From Myxococcales bacterium (GTDB lineage: Bacteria > Myxococcota_A > Polyangia > Polyangiales > Polyangiaceae), in the NCBI GenBank assembly GCA_043747615.1, contig JAYTOU010000100.1:1-49445 (forward strand): DNA of 49,445 nucleotides, given 5' to 3'. Both the position numbers and the translations under genes were made by a program. Numbering within the stretch: the first letter of the stretch is position 1; each line of letters starts with the position of its first letter. The notes beneath the pieces were generated by a model. The model ran no database searches. It was not told the DNA's origin and saw only the letters and a program-made list of their open reading frames with translations. This document shows positions 27,167 to 36,724 of the stretch, one piece after another.

Positions 27167-28469
27167 CAATTTCAAAGTTGCAGATATCAAGCTCGCCGAC
27201 TGGGGTCGCAAGGAAATCACGATCGCCGAATCAGAGATGCCGGGGCTCATGGCCCTGCGCGAGGAGTTCGGAAAATCGAAGCCGCTCACGGGCGCACGCG
27301 TCGCGGGCTGCCTCCACATGACGACGCAGACCGCAGTACTCATCGAGACGCTCACCGCGCTCGGCGCCGAGGTCACCTGGACGAGCTGCAACATCTACTC
27401 GACGCAGGATCAGGCGGCCGCGGCCATCGCCGCCACCGGCGTTCCCGTCTTCGCGTGGAAGGGCATGACCGAGCCCGAGTACGACGACTGCATCGAGATG
27501 CAGCTCAAGGCGTTCAAGGGCGGCAAGGGCCCGAACATGATCCTCGACGACGGCGGCGATCTCACGATCATCGCGCACAAGAAGCACCCCGAGCTCTTCA
27601 CCGGCAACGACCCGATTCGTGGCCTCTCCGAGGAGACCACCACGGGCGTGCATCGCCTCTACGAGATGCACAAGAAGGGGGAGCTCAAGGTCCCGGCGAT
27701 CAACGTGAACGACTCGGTCACCAAGTCGAAGTTCGACAACCTCTATGGTTGCCGCGAATCGCTCGGTGACGGCCTCAAGCGCGCCACCGGCGTGATGTTC
27801 GCCGGCAAGGTCGCGATCGTCGCCGGCTACGGGGACGTCGGCAAGGGCTGCGCGCAGTCTCTCCGAGGCCTCGGCGCGCGCGTGATCATCACCGAGATCG
27901 TTCCGATCAGCGCCCTTCAAGCGGCGATGGAAGGCTACCAAGTCACCACGATGGAGAAGGCCGCGCCTCAGGGCGACATCTTCGTCACCGCCACCGGTTG
28001 CATGAACGTCATCCGCGCCGAGCACCTCCGCGCGATGAAGAACCAGGCCATCATCTGCAACATCGGTCACTTCGATTGCGAGATCGACGTGGCGTGGCTC
28101 GAGAAGAACCCGGAGATCAAAGAGGTCAACATCAAGCCCCAGGTCGACCAGTTCGTCTTCCCGGACGGCAAGACCCTCACGCTCCTCGCGCGCGGACGCC
28201 TCGTGAACCTCGGCTGCGCCAACGGTCACCCGTCGTTCGTCATGTCGACGTCTTTCTCGAACCAGGTGCTCGCGCAGATCGCGCTCTGGACCGAGACGGC
28301 GAAGTACCCGCTCGGCGTTCACGTCCTTCCGAAGAAGCTCGACGAGAAAGTCGCCCGACTCCACCTCGGGAAGCTCGGCGTCGAGCTCACCACGCTCACC
28401 GCAGAGCAGGCGAGCTACCTCGGCGTCTCCACCGAAGGCCCGTTCAAGCCTGAGAGCTACCGGTACTAA
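27159..28469 (+). CDS. ahcY: Adenosylhomocysteinase
   Basis: [70 protein letters not shown]-terminal YRY. Confidence 0.98.
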   Translation: MADNFKVADIKLADWGRKEITIAESEMPGLMALREEFGKSKPLTGARVAGCLHMTTQTAVLIETLTALGAEVTWTSCNIYSTQDQAAAAIAATGVPVFAWKGMTEPEYDDCIEMQLKAFKGGKGPNMILDDGGDLTIIAHKKHPELFTGNDPIRGLSEETTTGVHRLYEMHKKGELKVPAINVNDSVTKSKFDNLYGCRESLGDGLKRATGVMFAGKVAIVAGYGDVGKGCAQSLRGLGARVIITEIVPISALQAAMEGYQVTTMEKAAPQGDIFVTATGCMNVIRAEHLRAMKNQAIICNIGHFDCEIDVAWLEKNPEIKEVNIKPQVDQFVFPDGKTLTLLARGRLVNLGCANGHPSFVMSTSFSNQVLAQIALWTETAKYPLGVHVLPKKLDEKVARLHLGKLGVELTTLTAEQASYLGVSTEGPFKPESYRY

Positions 28470-28488
28470 CACCGCATGTGAACGGAAC

Positions 28489-28520
28489 GTCGCGCATCTC
28501 TTCGGGGGTGCGCGGCTTTT
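28489..28520 (+). terminator. Intrinsic terminator after ahcY
   Basis: 12-bp stem gtcgcgcatctc/ggggtgcgcggc (with G-U pairs), cUUCGg tetraloop, followed by TTTT. Confidence 0.8.
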
Positions 28521-29386
28521 CACATCGACGGACCATTCAACGTTCGCCTTGCGTCTCCCGATTCGTCGAGCAAGACGAGCGGCTCCTCAAGATCGGCCCC
28601 GCGGTAGACTTCGTGGCTGCGGGTCACACGGACGAGCACCGTCTCTCCGCTGGCCTGCGTCACGCGGTACCCCTCGGCGACTCCGCGCTCGACGTCGCCG
28701 AGGAAGGTACGCCGCTCTCGTTCGCGCGCGGTAGCGTAGATCGCGCTTGCCGTGCCCGTTGCGATGCCGATCACCGCGAGGGAGACGAGGACGATGAGCT
28801 CGTAGCGTGGGTGCTGGATTCCGGTGCTCACCAGGAGTGCGAGAAACGCGAAGCATGCGGCGGCGATGCCCACGGTGCGCTCCCCGCGATCCTCGCTACC
28901 GAGCCCGTGGTCCGCCGTCTTCATCGCGAGATGCAGAGGGACACCAAAACAGACGAGGGTGACCATGAGCGCCGGGATCCAGAAGATCGCACCGACGGTC
29001 GCGCCGAGAAGGAGGCCCCCGAACAAATCGCTGCGATTGCCTTCGCCCGCCATCACGAGCCCGAGGGCGGTGCCGGCGTTGAGGGCGGCTAGTGGAACTG
29101 CCGCAAGCCAACCGATAGGAAATTTTCCGAAGCGAACACGAACCACCCGCGCCCACACGAGCCCGAAAGCGAGGGTCGAGAGGGCGGACGCGACACCAGG
29201 CGTCACCGGCGCGTTGGGAAACGGCGGATTGTAAGGCGGGCCGGCCGAAAGGGCCGAACCCAAGAGCCCTGCGAACACGACCCCTGCGCACGCAGCGAGG
29301 GAGAAACCGACCGCGGCAACGTTGAGGTTGCGAAGCAGACGCGGTGCGCGAAACGCGTTGGGAAGTTCTGAAGCGAGAGCCACCAT
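28520..29386 (-). CDS. Multi-pass membrane protein of unknown function
   Basis: About six hydrophobic segments; ATG 29386 is preceded by TACGTT at 7 nt. Confidence 0.75.
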   Translation of the reverse strand: MVALASELPNAFRAPRLLRNLNVAAVGFSLAACAGVVFAGLLGSALSAGPPYNPPFPNAPVTPGVASALSTLAFGLVWARVVRVRFGKFPIGWLAAVPLAALNAGTALGLVMAGEGNRSDLFGGLLLGATVGAIFWIPALMVTLVCFGVPLHLAMKTADHGLGSEDRGERTVGIAAACFAFLALLVSTGIQHPRYELIVLVSLAVIGIATGTASAIYATARERERRTFLGDVERGVAEGYRVTQASGETVLVRVTRSHEVYRGADLEEPLVLLDESGDARRTLNGPSM

Positions 29387-29466
29387 GGCTCTGAACGTAG
29401 AGGCGTCCCCGCGTATTCCAACCGGAGACGGGCCGAGCGGTCGTTCGTCGCGCGTGAACGGTGAGA

Positions 29467-30909
29467 TCAGGCCTCGAGCGGTCGGGTGTCTTTCTTTGCC
29501 GCGCCGGCGAGCTCTTTTGCCCAAATCTGAAGCTGATCCTCGTTCGGCCCTTCGAGCATGATCCGGAGCTTCGGCTCGGTCCCGCTCCAGCGAATGAGGA
29601 CACGTCCGTTGTTGCCGAGCGCCTTCTTCACGTGATTGCTCGCAGCGTTCATGGTTTTCATGTCTTCGAGGGGTCGCCGCGTCGCGAGGGTGACGTTCTC
29701 GAGCACCTGCGGGACGCGCTCCATCGCCGCGAGCGCGAGCGCCGAAAGCGGCTTGCCCGTGCGCATCATGAGGGCGAGGACCTGAAGCGCGGCAATCGTT
29801 CCATCACCGGTGGAGGCGTGATCGAGGAAGATCAAGTGCCCGGACTGCTCGCCCCCGAGGTTGTAGCCACCGCCGCGCATGGCTTCGACCACGTAGCGAT
29901 CGCCGACCGCGGTTCGCACGAGCCTTCCGCCCATGCCGAGCATGGCGCGCTCGAGCCCGAGGTTCGACATCACGGTGGCGACCAACGTGTTTTTCTTGAG
30001 CTCGCCGTCTTGGATCATGCGCGTCGCGCACATGGCCATCACGGTGTCGCCGTCGACCACCTGGCCTTTTTCGTCGACCACGATCAGACGGTCCGCGTCA
30101 CCGTCGAGGGCGATCCCGATGTGGGCGCGCCGCTTCACGACCTCGGCGCGGACGTTGTCCGGATGGAGCGCGCCGCAGTCCTTGTTGATGTTCACGCCGT
30201 TCGGCTTCACGCCGAGGCAGGTGATCGTGGCTCCGAGCTCGCCGAAGACCAGCGGCGCCGTTCGGTACGCTGCTCCGTGCGCTGCGTCGATCACGATGCG
30301 CATCCCTTCGAGCGACAAGTCCACCGGAAACGTGTTCTTCGCGAAGACCACGTAGCGTCCGCGCGAGTCTTCGAGCTTCTCCGCGCGGCCGATGCTCGGA
30401 CCGGTGGGGCGCGGCCCGAGGAGCGCGTCGTTCGCCATCAAGCGCTCGATCTCCGCTTCTTCCTCGTCGGGGAGCTTGAAGCCGTCTCGTCCGAAAATTT
30501 TGATCCCGTTGTCGCCGTACGGGTTGTGGCTCGCGCTGATCACGATGCCTGCATCGGCGCGCATGCTCGTCGTGAGGTGGGCAATGGCGGGCGTGGGCAC
30601 GGGGCCGCACAGGATCACGCGACCGCCCATCGAGCAAATGCCCGACGCGAGCGCAGTCTCGATCATGTAGCCCGAGAGCCGGGTGTCTTTGCCGATGAGG
30701 ATGCGCGGCGCGTGCCTCTTTCCGCGTCCGACGGCGAAGGTGATGGCGCGCCCCATTTGCAAGGCGAGCTCCGGGGTCATCGGCATCACGTTGGCAACCC
30801 CGCGCACTCCGTCGGTACCGAAAAGATTTCGTGCCGTGACGAGGCGCGTGCCGGGATCCGCAGACACTCCGTTCGCCTGCACGCCGTTGACCTTCGGATT
30901 CTTTTTCAT
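29467..30909 (-). CDS. glmM: Phosphoglucosamine mutase
   Basis: LFGTDGVRG, GKDTRLSG, ISASHNP, DGDADR, VGDRYV, GGEQSGH, RWSGTEP. Confidence 0.96.
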   Translation of the reverse strand: MKKNPKVNGVQANGVSADPGTRLVTARNLFGTDGVRGVANVMPMTPELALQMGRAITFAVGRGKRHAPRILIGKDTRLSGYMIETALASGICSMGGRVILCGPVPTPAIAHLTTSMRADAGIVISASHNPYGDNGIKIFGRDGFKLPDEEEAEIERLMANDALLGPRPTGPSIGRAEKLEDSRGRYVVFAKNTFPVDLSLEGMRIVIDAAHGAAYRTAPLVFGELGATITCLGVKPNGVNINKDCGALHPDNVRAEVVKRRAHIGIALDGDADRLIVVDEKGQVVDGDTVMAMCATRMIQDGELKKNTLVATVMSNLGLERAMLGMGGRLVRTAVGDRYVVEAMRGGGYNLGGEQSGHLIFLDHASTGDGTIAALQVLALMMRTGKPLSALALAAMERVPQVLENVTLATRRPLEDMKTMNAASNHVKKALGNNGRVLIRWSGTEPKLRIMLEGPNEDQLQIWAKELAGAAKKDTRPLEA

Positions 30910-30916
30910 TTTGCGA

Positions 30917-31402
30917 TCAATCCCGGAAGTTGATGAATTGAAGCTCGATCGGCAGATCCGTTTCCCGAACGAGCTGCATTGCCGCCTGCAGATCGTCCCT
31001 ATTTTTTCCTGCCACGCGCACCTGTTGCTCTTGGATCGAGGCCTGGACCTTGATCTTGCTGTCCTTGATGCGCTTGACGAGCTCTTTTGCGTGCTCGCTC
31101 TCGATGCCCTCTTTGATCTTGAGGAGGATCTTCGCGCCGCCCTTTTGGGTCTTCTCCATCTTCTGGGGATCGAGATACTTCAGGCTGACTTTTCGCTTGA
31201 TCAGCTTCTCGTGGAAGACGGTGACCGCCGCCTTCACCCGCTCTTCGCTCGAGGAGCGAACGGTGATGCCGTCCTCGGTTCGCTCGACCTCCGTGTCGGT
31301 ATCTTTGAAGTCGAATCGCTGCGCGAGCTCTTTTTGCGCTTGGTTCAGGGCGTTATCCAGCTCGTTCGCGGGGATCTTCGAGACGACGTCAAAGCTCGGC
31401 AT
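30917..31402 (-). CDS. yajQ: YajQ family nucleotide/c-di-GMP-binding protein
   Basis: MPSFDVVS, QRFDFK, KVQASIQ, RDDLQ, C-terminal LQFINFRD. Confidence 0.95.
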   Translation of the reverse strand: MPSFDVVSKIPANELDNALNQAQKELAQRFDFKDTDTEVERTEDGITVRSSSEERVKAAVTVFHEKLIKRKVSLKYLDPQKMEKTQKGGAKILLKIKEGIESEHAKELVKRIKDSKIKVQASIQEQQVRVAGKNRDDLQAAMQLVRETDLPIELQFINFRD

Positions 31403-31439
31403 GTGGGGAGTCTAATCTGGACGCGCCGCGCTTCAACGC

Positions 31440-32657
31440 TCAAAGCGCGACGGGCGGATCCTTCGCGAGGCCCAGCAAGTGCGCTCGCGCTTCGCCGACC
31501 AAGGAGATCGAGCCCGCCACCACCACCAGTCCTTTACCCACGCTGGCCCGCGCGCGTTCGAGCGCGGACTCGATCGAGTCACAGATCTGACCAGGGAACT
31601 GGGCGGCAATGGCCTCGGGCGGCGTAGCAGCTCGGCCCTTCGGAGCGACGTAAAAACGAGCACCGGCGTGGCGCGCGAGGATCTCGATCATCTGCCGCCA
31701 CTCCTTGTCGGCGAGCGCTCCGAAGACGAGCGCCGTGCCGTTCGGCGAGGCACCGACGGCCGACAGATGGCGGGCGAGGGAGGCTGCTCCGTCAGGGTTG
31801 TGGGCAGCGTCGAGAAGAACGGGGCCGCGCGCGTCGTGCACTGTTTCCAGTCGACCGGCCCAGCTCACGGCACAGATTCCCCGGGCTTGCTCGGCTTCGT
31901 CGGCGCCGAGTCGCCCACCGAGCACGCAGGCGACGGCAGCATTGTTCACTTGGTGAGCGCCGGCGAGCCCGATGACCGCACCCTCCGCGATGGCGCACGC
32001 AGCCGCGTGATCCGAGGCGCGAGACGTCGTTCCTCCGGCGAGGATTGCGACTTCGTCGATCGCCACGCGCGCAGCCTCGCTCATTTCGCCGAGCACGAGA
32101 TCCACGCCGGGCTTGCAGATCCCCGCCTTTTCGCGGGCGATCGCCTCGATCGTGCTGCCGAGGCGGTCGGTGTGGTCGAGCGCGATGCGCGTTACTGCGG
32201 CGGCGCGCGGAGGAGGGATGACGTTCGTCGCGTCGAGCCTCCCGCCGATGCCCACTTCGAGGACCCCGACGACGACGTGCGCTTCACGAAAGGCAACGAG
32301 CGCCGTCAGCGTCGCCGCTTCGAAGAAGCTCAGATCGCCGCCGCGCGTGAGGACGTCGTTCAGGATAGAGGCGAGCGCGTCGTCGTCCATGGTGACGCCG
32401 TCTATCCGGATGCGTTCTGCAAAACGGCAAAGGTGAGGGGAAGTGTAGAGCCCCGTTTTTTTCCCCGTCTCCCGGACGATCGATTCGACCATGGCCGCGA
32501 CCGATCCCTTGCCATTGGTGCCCGCGATGTGTGCGACGTCGAAAGCGCGCTCCGGATGACCGAAGTGCTTGCATGCTGCACGCATTGGCTCGAGGCCGAG
32601 TCGCATCCCGAGCGACGCACGGGCGTAGAGGTCGGAAAGAACGCGATCCAGGTGCAT
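31440..32657 (-). CDS. folC: Folylpolyglutamate synthase/dihydrofolate synthase
   Basis: AGTNGKGS, YTSPHL, LEVGIGGRLDATN, EKAGI, LDAAHNP; follows accD. Confidence 0.95.
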   Translation of the reverse strand: MHLDRVLSDLYARASLGMRLGLEPMRAACKHFGHPERAFDVAHIAGTNGKGSVAAMVESIVRETGKKTGLYTSPHLCRFAERIRIDGVTMDDDALASILNDVLTRGGDLSFFEAATLTALVAFREAHVVVGVLEVGIGGRLDATNVIPPPRAAAVTRIALDHTDRLGSTIEAIAREKAGICKPGVDLVLGEMSEAARVAIDEVAILAGGTTSRASDHAAACAIAEGAVIGLAGAHQVNNAAVACVLGGRLGADEAEQARGICAVSWAGRLETVHDARGPVLLDAAHNPDGAASLARHLSAVGASPNGTALVFGALADKEWRQMIEILARHAGARFYVAPKGRAATPPEAIAAQFPGQICDSIESALERARASVGKGLVVVAGSISLVGEARAHLLGLAKDPPVAL

Positions 32658-32691
32658 GGCTAGGATATGCGGTCGACGAGCACGAAGACCG

Positions 32692-33558
32692 TCAGCTGTT
32701 GTCGCGCACGCGAGGCATCAAGTGGCCGATCATCATGGCCAGCTCGCGCTTCATGTCCAGCCGGCTCACGATGCGATCGATCATTCCGTGCGCGAGCAAA
32801 AATTCGCTGCGCTGAAAGCCCTCCGGGAGCTTCTGCCGAATGGTCGTCTCGATGACCCGGGCACCCGCGAACCCGATGAGCGCCTTCGGCTCTGCGATGT
32901 TCACGTCTCCCAAGAGAGCGAAGCTCGCGGCCACGCCGCCGGTGGTCGGGTGCAGAAGGACGCTGAAGAAAGGGAGCTGCGCGGCCTTGTGACGCTCGAG
33001 GGCGGCGACGGTCTTCGCCATCTGCATGAGGCTGAGGATCCCCTCCTGCATGCGTGCGCCCCCGGAGGCCTGCAGGAGCACCACCGGCAAGCGCTGGGCG
33101 GTCGCTCGCTCGAAGAGGCGGGTGATCTTTTCGCCCACGACCGAGCCCATGGAGCCCCCCATGAACGCGAAAAGAAAGGCCCCCCAGGCGATGCTCCGCC
33201 CTTCGAGTTGGGCGCGTCCGATCTCGATGGCTTCCTTCGCGCGCGAGTTCTTCTGGGCGCTGGCGATGCGGTCCACGTAGGATTTTCCGTCCTCGAAGTG
33301 GAGTGGGTCCGCGGGCGCGAGGTGCTCGTCCCATTCTTCGAGGGTGCCCGTCGTCGTTGCGTCGAGGAGCAGGTCTCGCCACCGCGGCGCGGAAAGCTTG
33401 TGGTGCTGGCCGCAGTCCGGACACACCTCGAAGTTGGCGTGGAACGCTTCCGCCGGCGTGGTCAGCCCGCAGCCGTCGCACTTGCGGAAGATCCCCTTGG
33501 CAACGCTCTTCTTTTCACTTGCATCGAGCTCTGATGGTTTGCGCGTCGGCCAATCCAT
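32692..33558 (-). CDS. accD: Acetyl-CoA carboxylase carboxyltransferase beta subunit
   Basis: Zn finger CDGC...CPDC, FMGGSMGSVVGEK, SGGARMQEG, PTTGGVAASFA, IGFAGARVI, GFQRSEFL. Confidence 0.97.
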   Translation of the reverse strand: MDWPTRKPSELDASEKKSVAKGIFRKCDGCGLTTPAEAFHANFEVCPDCGQHHKLSAPRWRDLLLDATTTGTLEEWDEHLAPADPLHFEDGKSYVDRIASAQKNSRAKEAIEIGRAQLEGRSIAWGAFLFAFMGGSMGSVVGEKITRLFERATAQRLPVVLLQASGGARMQEGILSLMQMAKTVAALERHKAAQLPFFSVLLHPTTGGVAASFALLGDVNIAEPKALIGFAGARVIETTIRQKLPEGFQRSEFLLAHGMIDRIVSRLDMKRELAMMIGHLMPRVRDNS

Positions 33559-33582
33559 GGCTTCGACTTACACTTTTTTTTG

Positions 33583-33914
33583 CACACCCCCTAGCTCCCT
33601 CTCCAAGGAGAGGAAGGATCGGAGGGGAAGGGGCAGCAACGATTAGGTTACAACTCCAACTTTAAAGAAGCTCACCCCCCTCGCCCCCCAGAGAGGGCCA
33701 GCCTCATCCCCTGGCCTCTTCCCCAAAGGGAAGGGTACCGGCGAGCGATGACCGAGCGCGAATGGGCGCGTCTTTTCCCAAGGGGCAGGGGATGGGCCTA
33801 CCCCCCTTCGAAGGGTAAGCGCGGCCCTTCTCTAAACTTGGGGCCTTAACCTAATCGTTGCGATCCGTCTCCCGCGGATCCCTCCTCTCCTTGGAGAGGG
33901 GGTCAGGGGCTGTG
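33583..33914. repeat. 332-bp non-coding element with 88-bp imperfect terminal inverted repeats (MITE/REPIN-like)
   Basis: 33583-33670 aligns without gaps to the reverse complement of 33827-33914 (69/88 identical by hand count); each arm contains a CCTCTCC-NN-GGAGAGG hairpin. Confidence 0.85.
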
Positions 33915-33937
33915 GACTAAGCCACCGCGGCGAGCGG

Positions 33938-34510
33938 CTAGCAGAGCGCCCCCTCCAGCCGAAAAAAATTCACACCGATCCGCAGCGTCGCATCGTACGA
34001 AAGCGGAAGGCTGCGCTGACGAAGCGTGAGCTGCTCGATCAGATGCGCGTGATGACTGGGGAGCATCGTGCCCCGCTGGGTGAAAGCGCCGGAGGCCGTG
34101 CGCAGGACGAGATCGTGATTCACCTCTTCCGCACCGAGGGTCCCCTCGAAGACAGCGAAGCTGGCGTAGGGCCGGAGGAGAACGACCGCTTCCACGGTGG
34201 GGAGCTCGGCGCGCTTCATGGTGATCGGATCGGTCGAAAATCGGAGGGCGATTGCCCCCTGGAAGGTGCCCGCCTGCGCTGGCGTGCGAAGCGTTGCCTG
34301 AAGAAAGATCGCGTCCTTGATCTCGCTCGAATCGCGAGGCGCCATGGGACGCACGAACGTCTCGTCGGGCGCGCGGTAGTCCTCCTTTCGCCGGAGGATC
34401 GCGCTGACGTCGCGGGAGCGACGAAGATCGAATCCCCAGATCGCCGAGCGCTCGAAATCATCGGGCGTCAGCGCGTCGCACGGCTTCCAGATGTCGACCT
34501 TCTTCGCCAT
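33938..34510 (-). CDS. Hypothetical protein (190 aa)
   Basis: ATG with upstream GGAG, 24 nt after the GGDEF stop; globular composition. Confidence 0.7.
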   Translation of the reverse strand: MAKKVDIWKPCDALTPDDFERSAIWGFDLRRSRDVSAILRRKEDYRAPDETFVRPMAPRDSSEIKDAIFLQATLRTPAQAGTFQGAIALRFSTDPITMKRAELPTVEAVVLLRPYASFAVFEGTLGAEEVNHDLVLRTASGAFTQRGTMLPSHHAHLIEQLTLRQRSLPLSYDATLRIGVNFFRLEGALC

Positions 34511-34534
34511 GGTGCTGCGGCTCGACTCCGAAGC

Positions 34535-35581
34535 CTACGCGGGCTTCGCGCGGAGAGAGATCGGCATCGGCCCGTCGCTATCGTCGGCCACGGCAACGCG
34601 GTTTCGTCCGAGCGCTTTCGCCCGGTACATGGCCACGTCCGCCCGCTGCTGAAGCTCCTCGGGCGTCTCGGATCGATCCCACGTGGCGAGACCGATCGAT
34701 ACCGTCTGCTGGAGAAAAATTCCCTCGCCTGCCGAGAGTGGAGAGTCTGCGAGGTGACTGCGAATGCGCTCGGCGGTCGCGACGGCGTGCTCGAGGGTAG
34801 TAGACGGCATGACCAGCGTGAACTCCTCCCCGCCGCGTCGCACGAAGACATCCATGCGCCGCACCATGGCGCGCACGCGATCGGCGAAGAGCCTCAAGGC
34901 GATGTCCCCTACCGCGTGACCGTAGTCGTCGTTCACCTTCTTGAAGTGGTCGAGATCCATGAGGAGCACGCTCACCGGCATCCCGCTGCGTCGGGCGCGC
35001 TCGATCTCTTCGTACACACGAGGTTGCAGATAACGCTGGTTATACGCCAGCGTGAGATCGTCGGTCATCGCCAGGCGTCCGAGTCGGGCCCGCTCGATGG
35101 GCGGAGACGAGCAGTTCGCGAGGAGACGCGCGAGCGTCTGATGGTCCGTCGAGAACGCCAAGAGCTCCGACGAAGAGATGGAGAGAACCCCGATGACCTG
35201 CCCCGCAGACCACAGTGGCTCGGCGAGGAGCGAGCGGATGGAAAAGCCCGCGCCGGCTTTTTCGATGAAGCGATCGTCCTTCGTCACGTCGTCGACGAGC
35301 ACGCCTTCGGAGTGATCGACCACCCAGCCGATGATCCCCTCGCCGCGCTTGAAGGTCATCGGCGCCTGGTCGCGACCGGAGCCTGAGCGCGCGCCGGAGA
35401 GGAGCTCGGCGTGCGAGCCATCGAGGAGGCGGATCGATGCGTGATTACCGGGAAGGAGCTCGAGCGCCGCTTCGGTCACCGCGCGAAGCGAGTCCTCGAG
35501 CTGCGGACGTGGGTTCGTGAGCTCCCGGGTCAGCTCGAGCAGGATGACGAGCGCTTGTCGATCCTTCTTCGTGGCGGCCAT
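34535..35581 (-). CDS. GAF sensor diguanylate cyclase
   Basis: GAF (GEGIIGWV...DDRF), DDLT, DLDHFKKVNDDYGHAVGD, I-site RRMD, active site GGEEF. Confidence 0.95.
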   Translation of the reverse strand: MAATKKDRQALVILLELTRELTNPRPQLEDSLRAVTEAALELLPGNHASIRLLDGSHAELLSGARSGSGRDQAPMTFKRGEGIIGWVVDHSEGVLVDDVTKDDRFIEKAGAGFSIRSLLAEPLWSAGQVIGVLSISSSELLAFSTDHQTLARLLANCSSPPIERARLGRLAMTDDLTLAYNQRYLQPRVYEEIERARRSGMPVSVLLMDLDHFKKVNDDYGHAVGDIALRLFADRVRAMVRRMDVFVRRGGEEFTLVMPSTTLEHAVATAERIRSHLADSPLSAGEGIFLQQTVSIGLATWDRSETPEELQQRADVAMYRAKALGRNRVAVADDSDGPMPISLRAKPA

Positions 35582-35628
35582 CGGTAGTGACCATTAGTAT
35601 AGCCCAAAACGCAGGTATATTCGCCCTC
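35582..35628. promoter_or_regulatory. Compact divergent promoter region
   Basis: TATACT on the minus strand (35596-35601) and TATATT on the plus strand (35616-35621) within a 47-bp gap. Confidence 0.55.
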
Positions 35629-36027
35629 ATGAAGTACGCAGCAGAGGTCTCCACCCCCAAGCACGGATGGTGGTACGGCGGTGTTCTCGGCAGCTTACTT
35701 CTGACCAACGTTTTCGATCTGATCAGCGGCGCCGCAACCTTGTCGACGCGTGGCGCGGTGTCGCACGACGTGGACGAGCTCCTCGAGTCGACGCAGCCCA
35801 GTCCCAAGCTGACCACTTTTTTTCTGATCCTGACCGTCGCAAATCTCGTCTGCGTCTACGGGCTCTGGACCTGGAAAAAATGGGGATTTGTGGGCTACGT
35901 GCTCCTCTATCTGGTGACCATCGTCGCGGCTCACAAGATCGATCCCACCGACCATTCGGTGCCGGGAATCCTCGAGCTCGCCGTTCTCGTCTGGATGGTC
36001 GTCAATCGCTGGCGACTCTTTCAGTGA
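35629..36027 (+). CDS. Small membrane protein
   Basis: About four hydrophobic segments; GLWTWKKWG motif. Confidence 0.75.
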   Translation: MKYAAEVSTPKHGWWYGGVLGSLLLTNVFDLISGAATLSTRGAVSHDVDELLESTQPSPKLTTFFLILTVANLVCVYGLWTWKKWGFVGYVLLYLVTIVAAHKIDPTDHSVPGILELAVLVWMVVNRWRLFQ

Positions 36028-36037
36028 CGGTGGCGCG

Positions 36038-36724
36038 TCAGATCTTCATCTGCGAAAGATCGCTCGACACCTTGAGCGTCGGCTCCGTCTTCTCCTGAAC
36101 GTCGCGCGCCGACAGTCCGGGGGCGATCTCGCGCAAGAGGAGGCCGTCCGGTGTGACGTCGATCGTTGCAAGCTCGGTGATGATGCGGTGAACGACGCCG
36201 CGCCCAGTGAGCGGGAGGTTGCACTCCTTCAGAATTTTCGGAGCTCCGCCCTTCGCCGCGTGCTCCATCATGATCACCACGCGCTTGGCGCTCGCCACCA
36301 GATCCATGGCGCCGCCCATCCCCTTCACCATTTTCCCGGGGATCATCCAGTTTGCGAGATCGCCGCGCTCGGAGACCTGCATCGCCCCGAGGATCGCCAG
36401 ATCGATGTGCCCACCGCGGATCATCGCGAAGCTCTCGGCGCTCGAGAAAAGCGCTGAGCCTTTGAGCATGGTCACCGTCTCTTTTCCGGCGTTGATGAGA
36501 TCGGGATCTTCCCGCCCTTCGAGCGGGTAAGGGCCTATGCCGAGGAGACCGTTCTCGCTCTGGAGCACCACGTCCATTCCGTCTGGAATGTAGTTGGCGA
36601 CGAGGGTCGGCATGCCGATTCCGAGGTTGACGTAGAAGCCGTCCCTCAGCTCCTGGGCGAGGCGCTTGGCGAGCTGCTCCCGCGTGAGTCCGGCCTGGTT
36701 CGACGGAGTGGTGGTTGCGCTCAT
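36038..36724 (-). CDS. scoB: 3-oxoacid CoA-transferase subunit B
   Basis: VNLGIGMPT, catalytic [22 protein letters not shown]. Confidence 0.93.
   Translation of the reverse strand: MSATTTPSNQAGLTREQLAKRLAQELRDGFYVNLGIGMPTLVANYIPDGMDVVLQSENGLLGIGPYPLEGREDPDLINAGKETVTMLKGSALFSSAESFAMIRGGHIDLAILGAMQVSERGDLANWMIPGKMVKGMGGAMDLVASAKRVVIMMEHAAKGGAPKILKECNLPLTGRGVVHRIITELATIDVTPDGLLLREIAPGLSARDVQEKTEPTLKVSSDLSQMKI

Noticed and set aside
27231..28523. Long antisense and alternate-frame ORFs (e.g. 27231-28523, 9227-10477, 29461-30933, 5803-7764, 2321-3718)
   Set aside because: They shadow well-supported genes, lack recognisable motifs, and are expected from strong GC3 codon bias.
32658..32667. TATCCT upstream of folC as another leaderless promoter
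   Set aside because: The spacer is only 4 nt and folC follows accD in an operon, so it was not counted.
33739..33780. RRAMTEREWARLFP inside the inverted-repeat element, loosely like IS5 or DUF559 N-termini
   Set aside because: Too short to distinguish from chance and there is no continuing ORF; not called as a transposase remnant.
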